DNA of 64,000 nt, taken from assembly GCF_003019035.1 (NCBI RefSeq), contig NZ_CP027447.1; one strand, given 5' to 3'. Positions 1 through 11,644 of this stretch are shown here, piece after piece. The notes below the pieces were generated by a model. That model had not been told where the DNA came from and made no database searches. It was given only the letters and a program-made list of their open reading frames with translations. This stretch comes from Escherichia coli. GTDB lineage: Bacteria; Pseudomonadota; Gammaproteobacteria; Enterobacterales; Enterobacteriaceae. Each line of letters opens with the position of its first letter. Position 1 is the first letter of the stretch. The position numbers were made by a program, and so were the translations under genes.

Positions 1-12
1 GTTGCGGGTTTT

Positions 13-735
13 TTAAAAAGGAAAATGAATCAGCTCAACGTCATCCGCCGTGACTTTTACCATTGAACCTTCCGTATGCCAGGCACCCAGCACGACGCGA
101 AAAGCAGGTTGCTGATTGGCGATAAGTTCATGTACCGCCGGGCGATGGGTATGTCCGTGGATCAGCCATTGCACCTGATGTTTTTCCATCGCACTGACCA
201 CCGCGTTTTGGTTAACGTCCATGATCGCCAGCGATTTACTGCTGTTGGCTTCTTTGCTGTTCGCTCGCATTCGCGCGGCAATGCGTTTACGCACAAACAA
301 CGGCAGGGCGAGGAATAGCGTTTGCAGCCAGGGTTTGTGGACTTTGGCGCGAAAAGCCTGATAACCGGCGTCATCGGTGCACAGCGTGTCGCCATGCATA
401 ATCAATACCCGGCGACCATACAGTTCGAGCACCTTTTCTTCCGGCAATAACGTCATGCCGCTTTCACGGGCAAAGCGTTTGCCGAGCAGAAAATCACGGT
501 TGCCATGAATGAAATAACAGGGAACGCCGGAATCGGACACCGCTTTGATCGCTGCCGCCATCTGGCGATGGAGTGGGTTGGGATCGTCGTCGCCAATCCA
601 CGCTTCAAACAGATCGCCAAGAATATACAGCGCGTCGGCATTGCGGGCCTCCCCCGCTAAAAATCGCAGAAAACCGGCGGTGATCGCCGGTTCTTCCACG
701 CAGAGATGAAGATCTGCAATAAAGAGTGTCGCCAC
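13..735 (-). CDS. lpxH: UDP-2,3-diacylglucosamine pyrophosphatase LpxH
   Basis: 240-aa ORF with calcineurin-like metallophosphatase motifs (GDLFE...GNRD...GHTH); full-length match to recalled E. coli LpxH; conserved position beside ppiB. Confidence 0.93.
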   Translation of the reverse strand: MATLFIADLHLCVEEPAITAGFLRFLAGEARNADALYILGDLFEAWIGDDDPNPLHRQMAAAIKAVSDSGVPCYFIHGNRDFLLGKRFARESGMTLLPEEKVLELYGRRVLIMHGDTLCTDDAGYQAFRAKVHKPWLQTLFLALPLFVRKRIAARMRANSKEANSSKSLAIMDVNQNAVVSAMEKHQVQWLIHGHTHRPAVHELIANQQPAFRVVLGAWHTEGSMVKVTADDVELIHFPF

Positions 736-737
736 GA

Positions 738-1232
738 TTACTCGCTAACGGTCACGCTTTCAATGATAACGTCTTCTTTTGGCACGTCCTGGTGCATACC
801 GCTACGACCGGTTGCCACACCTTTGATTTTGTCTACCACGTCCATGCCTTCAACCACTTCAGCAAATACGCAGTAGCCCCAACCTTGCAGGCTTTCGCCA
901 GAGAAGTTCAGGAAGTCGTTATCAACCACGTTGATGAAGAACTGTGCAGTTGCAGAGTGCGGTGCCTGAGTACGGGCCATTGCCAGCGTACCACGGGTAT
1001 TTTTCAGACCGTTGTTGGCTTCGTTTTTGATCGGGTCTTTGGTGGCTTTTTGCTTCATGCCCGGTTCAAAACCGCCGCCCTGAATCATAAAGCCGTTGAT
1101 AACACGGTGGAAAATGGTGTTGTTGTAAAAACCTTCGCGGCAGTAGTCCAGGAAGTTTTTAACTGTTTCAGGTGCTTTATCGTCAAAAGTTTTGATGACA
1201 ATATCGCCGTGATTGGTGTGGAAAGTAACCAT
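738..1232 (-). CDS. ppiB: peptidyl-prolyl cis-trans isomerase B (cyclophilin)
   Basis: 164-aa ORF starting [27 protein letters not shown], cyclophilin signature; conserved synteny. Confidence 0.95.
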   Translation of the reverse strand: MVTFHTNHGDIVIKTFDDKAPETVKNFLDYCREGFYNNTIFHRVINGFMIQGGGFEPGMKQKATKDPIKNEANNGLKNTRGTLAMARTQAPHSATAQFFINVVDNDFLNFSGESLQGWGYCVFAEVVEGMDVVDKIKGVATGRSGMHQDVPKEDVIIESVTVSE

Positions 1233-1405
1233 TTTTGCATCCTGTTCCGTTTGATTGGTGCTTCAACCCGGTTCGGGTCATATATAGGGTGGTGTTATAG
1301 CATAACCGCACGATCGGATCATCACGCAATGTATGCTGATTCGCGCGGGAAATATGGGTATTATACGCAACTCAATTACCCACACATGTCTAAACGGAAT
1401 CTTCG

Positions 1406-2791
1406 ATGCTAAAAATCTTCAATACTCTGACACGCCAAAAAGAGGAATTTAAGCCTATTCACGCCGGGGAAGTCGGCATGTACGTGTGTGGAATCACCGT
1501 TTACGATCTCTGTCATATCGGTCACGGGCGTACCTTTGTTGCCTTTGACGTGGTTGCGCGCTATCTGCGTTTCCTCGGCTATAAGCTGAAGTATGTGCGC
1601 AACATTACCGATATCGACGACAAAATCATCAAACGCGCCAATGAAAATGGCGAAAGCTTTGTGGCGCTGGTGGATCGCATGATCGACGAAATGCATAAAG
1701 ATTTTGATGCGTTGAACATTTTGCGCCCGGATATGGAGCCGCGCGCGACGCACCATATCGCAGAAATTATTGAACTCACTGAACAACTGATCGCCAAAGG
1801 TCACGCTTATGTGGCGGACAACGGCGACGTGATGTTCGACGTACCGACCGATCCGACCTATGGCGTGCTGTCGCGTCAGGATCTCGACCAGCTGCAGGCA
1901 GGCGCGCGCGTTGACGTGGTCGACGACAAACGCAACCCGATGGACTTCGTTCTGTGGAAGATGTCGAAAGAGGGCGAACCGAGCTGGCCGTCTCCGTGGG
2001 GCGCGGGCCGTCCTGGCTGGCACATTGAGTGTTCGGCAATGAACTGCAAACAGTTGGGTAACCACTTTGATATCCACGGCGGCGGTTCTGACCTGATGTT
2101 CCCGCACCACGAGAACGAAATCGCGCAGTCCACCTGTGCCCATGATGGCCAGTATGTGAACTACTGGATGCACTCGGGGATGGTGATGGTTGACCGCGAG
2201 AAGATGTCCAAATCGCTGGGTAACTTCTTTACCGTGCGCGATGTGCTGAAATACTACGACGCGGAAACCGTGCGTTACTTCCTGATGTCGGGGCACTATC
2301 GCAGCCAGCTGAACTATAGCGAAGAGAACCTGAAGCAGGCGCGTGCGGCGCTGGAGCGTCTCTACACTGCGCTGCGCGGCACAGATAAAACTGTTGCGCC
2401 TGCCGGTGGCGAAGCGTTTGAAGCGCGCTTTATTGAAGCGATGGACGACGATTTCAACACCCCGGAAGCCTATTCCGTGCTGTTTGATATGGCGCGTGAA
2501 GTGAACCGTCTGAAAGCAGAAGATATGGCAGCGGCGAATGCAATGGCATCTCACCTGCGTAAACTTTCCGCCGTATTGGGCCTGCTGGAGCAAGAACCGG
2601 AAGCGTTCCTGCAAAGCGGAGCGCAGGCAGACGACAGCGAAGTGGCTGAGATTGAAGCGTTAATTCAACAGCGTCTGGATGCCCGTAAAGCGAAAGACTG
2701 GGCGGCGGCAGATGCGGCACGTGACCGTCTTAACGAGATGGGGATCGTGCTGGAAGATGGCCCGCAAGGGACCACCTGGCGTCGTAAGTAA
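1406..2791 (+). CDS. cysS: cysteinyl-tRNA synthetase
   Basis: 461-aa ORF with class I aaRS HIGH (CHIGHGRT) and KMSKS motifs. Confidence 0.96.
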   Translation: MLKIFNTLTRQKEEFKPIHAGEVGMYVCGITVYDLCHIGHGRTFVAFDVVARYLRFLGYKLKYVRNITDIDDKIIKRANENGESFVALVDRMIDEMHKDFDALNILRPDMEPRATHHIAEIIELTEQLIAKGHAYVADNGDVMFDVPTDPTYGVLSRQDLDQLQAGARVDVVDDKRNPMDFVLWKMSKEGEPSWPSPWGAGRPGWHIECSAMNCKQLGNHFDIHGGGSDLMFPHHENEIAQSTCAHDGQYVNYWMHSGMVMVDREKMSKSLGNFFTVRDVLKYYDAETVRYFLMSGHYRSQLNYSEENLKQARAALERLYTALRGTDKTVAPAGGEAFEARFIEAMDDDFNTPEAYSVLFDMAREVNRLKAEDMAAANAMASHLRKLSAVLGLLEQEPEAFLQSGAQADDSEVAEIEALIQQRLDARKAKDWAAADAARDRLNEMGIVLEDGPQGTTWRRK

Positions 2792-2801
2792 TTGCGCTAT
2801 T

Positions 2802-2827
2802 GCCGGATGCGAGTTTTCGCATCCGGT
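2802..2827. terminator. REP-like inverted repeat / bidirectional terminator hairpin between cysS and ybcI
   Basis: gccggatgcg-agtttt-cgcatccgg perfect stem immediately after cysS stop and abutting the ybcI stop on the other strand. Confidence 0.5.
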
Positions 2828-3348
2828 TATCGTCTGCGCCACCACAACATTCCCATCAGTAGCATCCCCGGCAACCACACCCAGATCAATTCAGAAATAA
2901 TCACCTTGTGCCCGTACGGCGTGGTGTAACGAGACAATGCAAACGGCGCGACTTTGATCACCTGCCAGGGAGCGAAAAAGCGTTCATCTGACCACGGCCA
3001 CAGCCAGCCAACCCCTTTACCGCCAGTGGTTACCGAATCCAGCAAGCTGTGCGATAGCAACGAGACGGTTAAAAACAGCCAGCAGCGAATCAGCCCAGCC
3101 CTGAACCATCGACGTCCAATCAGCACACATAACAGCGGGACAACAAACGCAAACACCAGCGAATGGGTAAACCCGCGATGACCAAAAACATTGCCGTAAG
3201 CAACGCCAAATTTAAACGACAATACGTCGGCATCAGGCAGCATCGCCAGGACGATTCCGGCAAATAACAGGCGCGGAGGGATGACTTTTGAACCCAACCC
3301 TAAACCAATGCAAAGGGGAACGGCGGCGTGCGTAATAACGGTTGGCAT
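2827..3348 (-). CDS. ybcI: inner-membrane metal-dependent hydrolase family protein YbcI
   Basis: 173-aa hydrophobic ORF; conserved position between cysS and ybcJ. Confidence 0.85.
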   Translation of the reverse strand: MPTVITHAAVPLCIGLGLGSKVIPPRLLFAGIVLAMLPDADVLSFKFGVAYGNVFGHRGFTHSLVFAFVVPLLCVLIGRRWFRAGLIRCWLFLTVSLLSHSLLDSVTTGGKGVGWLWPWSDERFFAPWQVIKVAPFALSRYTTPYGHKVIISELIWVWLPGMLLMGMLWWRRR

Positions 3349-3455
3349 GATGGTCGCTTCGGCAAAATGTCGATGCTATCAGCATGGATGAACGGGGCGT
3401 AGAGGGCAACAGTCTGAAAAGAGAACCGGCCTGTTGTTACAGGCCGGGAAAGGGA

Positions 3456-3668
3456 TCAGGCAACAACCTGTACGCTGTGACCTGCAAAACTCACTGTCTG
3501 CCCGGCGACGATTTTGCAGCGTTTGCGCGTTTCAACCGCACCGTCGACTTTCACCTGGCCTTCGGCAATCGCGATTTTCGCCTGCGCGCCGCTTTCGCTC
3601 CAGCCTTCCAGTTTCAGCAAGTCGCACAGCTCAACGTGCGGATGTTTACCTAAAGAAAATGTCGCCAT
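3456..3668 (-). CDS. ybcJ: S4-like RNA-binding protein YbcJ
   Basis: 70-aa product from MATFSLGKHPHVELCDLL...; start trimmed from the 88-aa track ORF to the recognised N-terminus; directly upstream of folD. Confidence 0.8.
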   Translation of the reverse strand: MATFSLGKHPHVELCDLLKLEGWSESGAQAKIAIAEGQVKVDGAVETRKRCKIVAGQTVSFAGHSVQVVA

Positions 3669-3669
3669 G

Positions 3670-4536
3670 TTACTCACCCTGTGGATCATGATATTCAACG
3701 CACGCCTGTAGCGTGTTTTCAATCAGCGTGGCAACCGTCATCGGGCCAACGCCGCCCGGAACAGGCGTAATGTATGAGGCGCGTTTAGCCGCGTCTTCAA
3801 ACACGACGTCGCCCACAACTTTGCCATTTTCCAGACGGTTGATGCCGACATCAATCACAATTGCGCCTTCTTTGATCCAGTCACCAGGAATAAAGCCCGG
3901 CTTGCCGACGGCAACGATCAGTAGATCGGCATTTTCTACGTGGTGACGCAGATTTTTAGTGAAACGGTGAGTCACGGTGGTGGTGCAACCTGCCAGTAGC
4001 AGTTCCATGCTCATCGGGCGGCCAACGATATTCGATGCGCCAATCACCACGGCGTTGAGGCCGAAGGTATCAATGTTGTAACGCTCAAGCAGCGTGACAA
4101 TACCGCGCGGGGTGCAGGGACGCAGACGCGGCGCGCGCTGGCACAGGCGACCGACGTTATAAGGATGGAAACCGTCTACGTCTTTGTCCGGGTGTATACG
4201 TTCCAGCACTTTGACGTTATCAATACCCGCCGGTAACGGCAGTTGAACCAGAATGCCATCAATGGTGTTGTCGGCATTCAGCGTATCGATAAGCTCCAGC
4301 AGCTCCGCTTCGCTGGTGGTTTCCGGGAGGTCATAAGAGCGGGAGACGAACCCGACTTCTTCACAAGCCTTGCGTTTGCTTGCGACATAAATTTGCGATG
4401 CAGGGTTACTACCCACCAGCACAACGGCCAGTCCTGGTGCCCGCAGTCCGGCTGCAATACGCGCCTGAACTTTTTGAGCAACTTCAGAGCGCACCTGCTG
4501 CGCAATCGTTTTACCGTCAATAATCTTTGCTGCCAT
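3670..4536 (-). CDS. folD: bifunctional methylene-THF dehydrogenase / methenyl-THF cyclohydrolase
   Basis: 288-aa [22 protein letters not shown]..., full-length FolD. Confidence 0.96.
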   Translation of the reverse strand: MAAKIIDGKTIAQQVRSEVAQKVQARIAAGLRAPGLAVVLVGSNPASQIYVASKRKACEEVGFVSRSYDLPETTSEAELLELIDTLNADNTIDGILVQLPLPAGIDNVKVLERIHPDKDVDGFHPYNVGRLCQRAPRLRPCTPRGIVTLLERYNIDTFGLNAVVIGASNIVGRPMSMELLLAGCTTTVTHRFTKNLRHHVENADLLIVAVGKPGFIPGDWIKEGAIVIDVGINRLENGKVVGDVVFEDAAKRASYITPVPGGVGPMTVATLIENTLQACVEYHDPQGE

Positions 4537-5007
4537 CAGAGAGAGGATTCCATCTGTTACGTAGGTCGAAGGGGATGCGCCTATTTTGTCAGAAGCGGGG
4601 CGCGCTGTCAGGTTTCGTTTCAGATTTATCGCGTGAAGCGACCTCTTGCGAAGGTGAGGCGCACCGTCGCTGAGATTGAAAGCTTCATTTTTCGTCCATG
4701 ATGACGTTGTAAATCTGGAACTGATTTATTTCCTTGTCTAAGGATTAAGATAATTTAAGAAATACCTGACAATATAAAAAGAATTTTCAGCCTGGTAATT
4801 TACCGCTTCAGGTCTATATTTGTGTTGAATATATTTTGCGCGGAAATATTCATCTAACGGGGCTCTCTATTTTTTAGAATAGAGTGCATATTTTCAATTA
4901 AGACATTCTTAGAGGATAAAAAGGAATTTTACTACTATCAGTGTCTTAAATAAAGTAATCGGTTATATACGGATGTGGAGTCGATAAATGAGATTGAAGG
5001 AATATAT

Positions 5008-5550
5008 ATGAAATTAAGATTTATTTCGTCTGCGCTGGCCGCCGCACTATTCGCCGCTACGGGTAGTTATGCTGCCGTTGTAGATGGCGGTACAATTCAC
5101 TTTGAAGGCGAACTGGTGAATGCTGCCTGTTCAGTGAATACTGACTCGGCAGACCAGGTTGTCACACTCGGTCAATATCGTACCGATATTTTCAATGCTG
5201 TTGGTAATACCTCTGCATTAATTCCATTCACTATACAGTTGAACGACTGCGATCCTGTCGTTGCCGCTAATGCTGCCGTTGCATTTTCTGGTCAGGCGGA
5301 TGCAATCAATGATAATTTATTGGCCATTGCATCCAGTACTAATACAACAACAGCAACGGGTGTCGGTATTGAAATACTTGATAATACATCCGCAATTCTC
5401 AAACCTGATGGGAATAGCTTCTCAACCAACCAGAACTTGATCCCCGGGACCAACGTTCTTCATTTTTCTGCACGTTATAAAGGCACCGGTACAAGTGCAT
5501 CAGCAGGGCAAGCAAATGCTGACGCGACTTTTATTATGAGATACGAATAA
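5008..5550 (+). CDS. sfmA: type 1-like fimbrial major subunit SfmA
   Basis: 180-aa product with signal peptide [22 protein letters not shown] and fimbrillin C-terminus; start moved to ATG at 5008. Confidence 0.88.
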   Translation: MKLRFISSALAAALFAATGSYAAVVDGGTIHFEGELVNAACSVNTDSADQVVTLGQYRTDIFNAVGNTSALIPFTIQLNDCDPVVAANAAVAFSGQADAINDNLLAIASSTNTTTATGVGIEILDNTSAILKPDGNSFSTNQNLIPGTNVLHFSARYKGTGTSASAGQANADATFIMRYE

Positions 5551-5768
5551 TCAAAACCACGTTGTTTTGAATTATATATCACGTCTTATAACAAAGTAAT
5601 GTACCGGTTGTCTGAAGCGGTATGGTGGCAATGTAAATCGAAATCACGTTCACTTTGTATCATGCCGCTTTATTAAATGAAAAGGGAATGATGTGTGTAA
5701 GAAACCAAAGCAATCATTTCTTTATACTCCTTATTTTTGCCGTCAGGAATACACAAGGCGTATTAACT

Positions 5769-6461
5769 ATGATGACTAAAATAAAGTTATTGATGCTCAT
5801 TATATTTTATTTAATCATTTCGACCAGCGCCCATGCTGCCGGAGGGATCGCATTAGGTGCCACGCGTATTATTTATCCCGCTGATGCTAAACAGACTGCG
5901 GTATGGATTAGAAATAGCCATACCAATGAGCGCTTTCTGGTCAATTCGTGGATTGAAAACAGCAGCGGTGTAAAAGAAAAGTCATTCATCATTACACCGC
6001 CACTGTTTGTTAGTGAACCCAAAAGCGAAAATACTTTGCGTATTATTTACACCGGTCCACCGCTGGCGGCAGATCGTGAGTCTCTGTTCTGGATGAATGT
6101 TAAGACGATCCCTTCGGTAGATAAAAATGCATTGAACGGCAGGAATGTTTTGCAACTGGCGATTTTATCGCGCATGAAATTATTTCTCCGTCCAATTCAA
6201 TTACAAGAATTACCCGCAGAAGCGCCGGACACACTCAAGTTTTCGCGATCCGGTAACTATATCAATGTTCATAATCCATCACCTTTTTATGTCACCCTGG
6301 TTAACTTGCAAGTGGGCAGCCAAAAACTGGGGAATGCTATGGCTGCACCCAGAGTTAATTCACAAATTCCCTTACCCTCAGGAGTGCAGGGAAAGCTGAA
6401 ATTTCAGACCGTTAATGATTATGGTTCAGTAACCCCGGTCAGAGAAGTGAACTTAAACTAA
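5769..6461 (+). CDS. sfmC: periplasmic fimbrial chaperone SfmC
   Basis: 230-aa PapD-like chaperone starting [13 protein letters not shown] with signal peptide; start trimmed from the longer track ORF. Confidence 0.88.
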   Translation: MMTKIKLLMLIIFYLIISTSAHAAGGIALGATRIIYPADAKQTAVWIRNSHTNERFLVNSWIENSSGVKEKSFIITPPLFVSEPKSENTLRIIYTGPPLAADRESLFWMNVKTIPSVDKNALNGRNVLQLAILSRMKLFLRPIQLQELPAEAPDTLKFSRSGNYINVHNPSPFYVTLVNLQVGSQKLGNAMAAPRVNSQIPLPSGVQGKLKFQTVNDYGSVTPVREVNLN

Positions 6462-6491
6462 CCGAATCATCTGACAATATCAGAGCTAATT

Positions 6492-9101
6492 ATGAAAATA
6501 CCCACTACTACGGATATTCCGCAGAGGTATACCTGGTGTCTGGCCGGAATTTGTTATTCATCTCTTGCCATTTTACCCTCCTTTTTAAGCTATGCGGAAA
6601 GTTATTTCAACCCGGCATTTTTATTAGAGAATGGCACATCCGTTGCTGATTTATCGCGCTTTGAGAGAGGTAATCATCAACCTGCGGGCGTGTATCGGGT
6701 GGATCTCTGGCGTAATGATGAGTTCATTGGTTCACAGGATATCGTATTTGAATCGACGACAGTAAATACAGGTGATAAATCAGGTGGGTTAATGCCTTGT
6801 TTTAACCAGGCACTCCTTGAACGAATTGGCCTTAATAGCAGTGCATTCCCCGAGTTAGCCCAGCAGCAAAATAATAAATGCATTAATTTACTGAAAGCTG
6901 TACCTGATGCCACAATTAACTTTGATTTTGCAGCGATGCGCCTGAACATCACTATTCCTCAGATAGCGTTGTTGAGTAGCGCTCACGGTTACATTCCGCC
7001 TGAAGAGTGGGATGAAGGTATTCCTGCTTTACTCCTGAATTATAATTTCACCGGTAACAGAGGTAATGGTAACGATAGCTATTTTTTTAGTGAACTCAGC
7101 GGGATTAATATTGGCCCGTGGCGTTTACGCAACAATGGTTCCTGGAACTATTTTCGCGGAAATGGATATCATTCAGAACAGTGGAATAATATTGGCACCT
7201 GGGTACAGCGCGCCATTATTCCGCTGAAAAGTGAACTGGTAATGGGAGACGGTAATACAGGGAGTGATATTTTCGATGGCGTTGGATTTCGAGGTGTACG
7301 GCTTTATTCTTCCGATAATATGTATCCTGATAGCCAGCAGGGGTTTGCTCCAACGGTACGTGGGATTGCCCGTACGGCGGCCCAGCTAACGATTCGGCAA
7401 AATGGTTTTATTATCTATCAAAGCTATGTTTCCCCCGGCGCTTTTGAAATTACAGATTTGCACCCGACATCTTCAAATGGCGATCTGGACGTCACCATCG
7501 ACGAGCGCGATGGTAATCAGCAGAATTACACGATTCCGTATTCAACAGTGCCAATTTTACAACGCGAAGGGCGTTTCAAATTTGACCTGACGGCGGGCGA
7601 TTTTCGTAGCGGTAATAGTCAGCAATCGTCGCCTTTCTTTTTTCAGGGCACGGCACTCGGCGGTTTACCACAGGAATTTACTGCCTACGGCGGGACGCAA
7701 TTATCTGCCAATTACACCGCCTTTTTGTTAGGGCTGGGGCGCAACCTCGGGAACTGGGGCGCAGTGTCGCTGGATGTAACGCATGCGCGCAGTCAGTTAG
7801 CCGACGACAGTCGTCATGAGGGGGATTCCATTCGCTTCCTCTATGCGAAATCAATGAACACTTTCGGCACCAATTTTCAGTTAATGGGTTACCGCTATTC
7901 GACACAAGGTTTTTATACCCTTGATGATGTTGCGTATCGTCGAATGGAGGGGTACGAATATGATTACGATTATGACGGTGAGCATCGCGATGAACCGATA
8001 ATCGTGAATTACCACAATTTACGCTTTAGTCGTAAAGACCGTTTGCAGTTAAATATTTCACAATCACTTAATGACTTTGGCTCGCTTTATATTTCTGGTA
8101 CCCATCAAAAATACTGGAATACTTCGGATTCAGATACCTGGTATCAGGTGGGGTATACCAGCAGCTGGGTTGGCATCAGTTATTCACTCTCATTTTCGTG
8201 GAATGAATCTGTAGGGATCCCCGATAACGAACGTATTGTCGGACTTAATGTTTCAGTGCCTTTCAATGTTCTGACCAAACGTCGCTACACCCGGGAAAAT
8301 GCGCTCGACCGCGCTTATGCCTCCTTTAACGCCAACCGTAACAGCAACGGGCAAAATAGCTGGCTGGCAGGCGTTGGTGGGACCTTACTGGAAGGCCACA
8401 ACCTGAGTTATCACGTAAGCCAGGGCGATACCTCGAATAATGGGTATACGGGCAGCGCCACGGCAAACTGGCAGGCCGCTTACGGTACGCTGGGGGTCGG
8501 GTATAACTACGACCGCGATCAACATGACGTTAACTGGCAGCTGTCTGGCGGTGTGGTCGGGCATGAAAATGGTATAACGCTGAGCCAGCCTTTAGGGGAT
8601 ACCAATGTTTTGATTAAAGCGCCAGGCGCAGGCGGTGTACGCATTGAAAATCAAACTGGAATTTTAACCGACTGGCGCGGCTATGCGGTGATGCCGTATG
8701 CCACGGTTTATCGGTATAACCGTATCGCGCTTGATACCAATACGATGGGGAATTCCATCGATGTTGAAAAAAATATTAGCAGCGTTGTGCCGACGCAAGG
8801 CGCATTGGTTCGTGCCAATTTTGATACCCGCATAGGCGTGCGGGCGCTCATTACCGTTACCCAGGGCGGAAAACCGGTGCCGTTTGGATCACTGGTACGG
8901 GAAAACAGTACCGGAATAACCAGTATGGTGGGTGATGACGGGCAAGTTTATTTAAGCGGTGCGCCATTGTCTGGTGAATTACTGGTTCAGTGGGGAGACG
9001 GCGCGAACTCACGCTGCATTGCGCACTATGTATTGCCGAAGCAAAGCTTACAGCAAGCCGTCACTGTTATTTCGGCAGTTTGCACACATCCTGGCTCATA
9101 A
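6492..9101 (+). CDS. sfmD: fimbrial outer-membrane usher SfmD
   Basis: 869-aa usher-sized ORF in chaperone-usher operon context. Confidence 0.9.
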   Translation: MKIPTTTDIPQRYTWCLAGICYSSLAILPSFLSYAESYFNPAFLLENGTSVADLSRFERGNHQPAGVYRVDLWRNDEFIGSQDIVFESTTVNTGDKSGGLMPCFNQALLERIGLNSSAFPELAQQQNNKCINLLKAVPDATINFDFAAMRLNITIPQIALLSSAHGYIPPEEWDEGIPALLLNYNFTGNRGNGNDSYFFSELSGINIGPWRLRNNGSWNYFRGNGYHSEQWNNIGTWVQRAIIPLKSELVMGDGNTGSDIFDGVGFRGVRLYSSDNMYPDSQQGFAPTVRGIARTAAQLTIRQNGFIIYQSYVSPGAFEITDLHPTSSNGDLDVTIDERDGNQQNYTIPYSTVPILQREGRFKFDLTAGDFRSGNSQQSSPFFFQGTALGGLPQEFTAYGGTQLSANYTAFLLGLGRNLGNWGAVSLDVTHARSQLADDSRHEGDSIRFLYAKSMNTFGTNFQLMGYRYSTQGFYTLDDVAYRRMEGYEYDYDYDGEHRDEPIIVNYHNLRFSRKDRLQLNISQSLNDFGSLYISGTHQKYWNTSDSDTWYQVGYTSSWVGISYSLSFSWNESVGIPDNERIVGLNVSVPFNVLTKRRYTRENALDRAYASFNANRNSNGQNSWLAGVGGTLLEGHNLSYHVSQGDTSNNGYTGSATANWQAAYGTLGVGYNYDRDQHDVNWQLSGGVVGHENGITLSQPLGDTNVLIKAPGAGGVRIENQTGILTDWRGYAVMPYATVYRYNRIALDTNTMGNSIDVEKNISSVVPTQGALVRANFDTRIGVRALITVTQGGKPVPFGSLVRENSTGITSMVGDDGQVYLSGAPLSGELLVQWGDGANSRCIAHYVLPKQSLQQAVTVISAVCTHPGS

Positions 9102-9113
9102 AGGAAATTATCA

Positions 9114-10121
9114 ATGAAGATAATCTGCAGATTATTATTGGCAATGGCATGTTTGTGTCTAGCAAACATATCCTGGGCTACTGTTTGTGCAAATAGTACT
9201 GGCGTAGCAGAAGATGAACACTATGATCTCTCAAATGTCTTTAATAGCACCAATAACCAGCTAGGCCAGATTGTTGTTTTACCGGAAAAATCCGGCTGGG
9301 TAGGTGTATCAGCAATTTGTCCACCCGGCACGCTGGTGAATTATACATACCGTAGTTATGTCACCAACTTTATTGTTCAGGAAACTATCGATAATTATAA
9401 ATATATGCAATTAAATGATTATCTATTAGGTGCGATGAGTCTGGTTGATAGCGTGATGGATATTCAATTCCCCCCGCAAAATTATATTCGTATGGGAACA
9501 GATCCTAACGTTTCGCAAAACCTTCCGTTCGGGGTGATGGATTCTCGTTTGATATTTCGTTTAAAGGTTATTCGTCCCTTTATTAACATGGTGGAGATCC
9601 CCAGACAGGTGATGTTTACCGTGTATGTGACATCAACGCCTAACGATCCGTTGGTTACACCTGTTTATACCATTAGTTTTGGTGGCCGGGTTGAAGTACC
9701 GCAAAACTGCGAATTAAATGCCGGGCAAATTGTTGAATTTGATTTTGGTGATATCGGCGCATCGTTATTTAGTGCGGCAGGGCCGGGGAATCGACCAGCT
9801 GGTGTCATGCCGCAAACCAAGAGCATTGCGATCAAATGTACGAATGTTGCTGCGCAGGCTTATTTAACAATGCGTCTGGAAGCCAGTGCCGTTTCTGGTC
9901 AGGCGATGGTGTCGGACAATCAGGATTTAGGTTTTATTGTGGCCGATCAGAACGATACGCCGATCACGCCTAACGATCTCAATAGCGTTATTCCTTTCCG
10001 TCTGGATGCAGCTGCGGCAGCCAATGTCACACTTCGCGCCTGGCCTATCAGTATTACCGGTCAAAAACCGACCGAAGGGCCGTTTAGCGCGCTGGGGTAT
10101 TTACGCGTCGATTATCAATGA
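9114..10121 (+). CDS. sfmH: fimbrial adhesin-like subunit SfmH
   Basis: 335-aa ORF with signal peptide after the usher gene; FimH-like position. Confidence 0.8.
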   Translation: MKIICRLLLAMACLCLANISWATVCANSTGVAEDEHYDLSNVFNSTNNQLGQIVVLPEKSGWVGVSAICPPGTLVNYTYRSYVTNFIVQETIDNYKYMQLNDYLLGAMSLVDSVMDIQFPPQNYIRMGTDPNVSQNLPFGVMDSRLIFRLKVIRPFINMVEIPRQVMFTVYVTSTPNDPLVTPVYTISFGGRVEVPQNCELNAGQIVEFDFGDIGASLFSAAGPGNRPAGVMPQTKSIAIKCTNVAAQAYLTMRLEASAVSGQAMVSDNQDLGFIVADQNDTPITPNDLNSVIPFRLDAAAAANVTLRAWPISITGQKPTEGPFSALGYLRVDYQ

Positions 10122-10131
10122 GGTACGGAGA

Positions 10132-10647
10132 ATGAGAAGAGTACTCTTTAGCTGTTTCTGCGGGCTACTGTGGAGTTCCAGTGGATGGGCAGTTGACCCT
10201 TTAGGAACGATTAATATCAATTTGCACGGTAACGTTGTTGATTTCTCCTGTACCGTAAACACAGCGGATAAGGATAAGACGGTAGATTTAGGCAGATGGC
10301 CTACGACACAATTACTGAGCGCTGGCGATACCACGGCACTCGTCCCTTTTAGCCTGCGGCTGGAGGGATGTCCTCCGGGTTCAGTTGCGATTTTATTTAC
10401 GGGAACGCCGGCATCTGATGCCAACCTGCTGGCTCTGGATGATCCCGCAATGGCACAAACCGTCGCCATCGAATTACGTAATAGCGATCGCTCCCGGCTC
10501 GCACTGGGGGAGGCGAGCTCGACTGAGGAAGTTGATGCAAATGGCAATGTCACACTAAACTTTTTTGCCAATTATCGAGCGTTAGCCAGCGGTGTTCAGC
10601 CTGGTGTGGCGAAAGCGGATGCGATATTTATGATCAATTATAATTAA
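10132..10647 (+). CDS. sfmF: fimbrial minor subunit SfmF
   Basis: 171-aa product starting MRRVLFSCFCGLLWSSSGWA (signal peptide); ATG at 10132 preceded by GGAG; track ORF 9937.. is an upstream in-frame extension. Confidence 0.85.
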   Translation: MRRVLFSCFCGLLWSSSGWAVDPLGTININLHGNVVDFSCTVNTADKDKTVDLGRWPTTQLLSAGDTTALVPFSLRLEGCPPGSVAILFTGTPASDANLLALDDPAMAQTVAIELRNSDRSRLALGEASSTEEVDANGNVTLNFFANYRALASGVQPGVAKADAIFMINYN

Positions 10648-10649
10648 TA

Positions 10650-11282
10650 TTATATTAATTCATATAATTTGGCGTAGTCGATAAGCTCTACAATTGAATG
10701 CAAACCTAGCTTGCCATAAATATTAGATTTATGTGCACTAACTGTTTTATTGCTAAGTAATAACTTATCGGCAATTTCTTTATTAGATAATCCGCTAACC
10801 AGATAACGTAATATGGTTACTTCACGATTAGATAGCACAGTGACCGTTGAACTATTCGTACTACATTTATTGCTTTTTATATAGTTGAGCGTTTCGCTGG
10901 GAAAAAAAGTGTATCCGGAGAGAATCATCTGAACGGCATGAAAAATATCATTCTGATCATTGCATTTACTGACAAAACCGTTAGCACCAGCTTGTATCGC
11001 TCTGCCAGCATAAAAGCATTCTGATTTCGATGATAAAAATAATACTTTCACTGTACTCTGAATTTGTTTGATCCTTTTTAGGAAGGTAAAACCGTCTGTA
11101 CCGGGCAAGTCTATATCCATAATGATTAAATCAACAGGACGGGTTCGGAGATAATCGATGGTTATGCGGTAATCATCCGTTTTCAGGACAATCTGCAATT
11201 CACTGTTTTTTTGCAACAGAACTTCAATAGACATTCTGATGATAGGATGAGTATCCATAATGATCACCGACGTTGGTTTCAT
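10650..11282 (-). CDS. fimZ: LuxR/NarL-family response regulator FimZ
   Basis: 210-aa product from MKPTSVIIMDTHPII; receiver domain plus C-terminal LuxR helix-turn-helix; contains AGA/AGG arginine codons. Confidence 0.9.
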   Translation of the reverse strand: MKPTSVIIMDTHPIIRMSIEVLLQKNSELQIVLKTDDYRITIDYLRTRPVDLIIMDIDLPGTDGFTFLKRIKQIQSTVKVLFLSSKSECFYAGRAIQAGANGFVSKCNDQNDIFHAVQMILSGYTFFPSETLNYIKSNKCSTNSSTVTVLSNREVTILRYLVSGLSNKEIADKLLLSNKTVSAHKSNIYGKLGLHSIVELIDYAKLYELI

Positions 11283-11464
11283 AGTTACCAGTCTCATTGG
11301 ATCGGACAATTTTCCGTTAGGGCGGTAAATTGTACTTGATACATGAAAATACGGGTTTTCCTGATTCAGACGCGCAGCGGTGTGCGTTTGTTTGCCGCTA
11401 TAACGAAATAAATCAGAAAATCAGACGCGGTCGTTCACTTGTTCAGCAACCAGATCAAAAGCCA

Positions 11465-11492
11465 TTGACTCAGCAAGGGTTGACCGTATAAT
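11465..11492 (+). promoter_or_regulatory. candidate sigma70 promoter for argU
   Basis: TTGACT, 16-bp spacer, TATAAT located about 30 bp upstream of the tRNA 5' end. Confidence 0.55.
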
Positions 11493-11523
11493 TCACGCGA
11501 TTACACCGCATTGCGGTATCAAC

Positions 11524-11600
11524 GCGCCCTTAGCTCAGTTGGATAGAGCAACGACCTTCTAAGTCGTGGGCCGCAGGTTCGAATCCTGCAGGGCGCGCCA
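11524..11600 (+). tRNA. argU: tRNA-Arg (anticodon UCU)
   Basis: 77-nt sequence GCGCCCTTAGCTCAGTTGGATAGAGCAACGACCTTCTAAGTCGTGGGCCGCAGGTTCGAATCCTGCAGGGCGCGCCA with TCT anticodon loop and encoded CCA end. Confidence 0.95.
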
Positions 11601-11644
11601 TTTCTTCTTCATTTAATCCCGTCTTATCCGTTCCGCTTTGCTCT

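Noticed and set aside
1409-2614. 401-aa ORF antisense to cysS
   Set aside because: Lies entirely inside the well-supported cysS gene on the opposite strand; no recognisable motifs; typical long antisense frame in a GC-rich, codon-biased gene.
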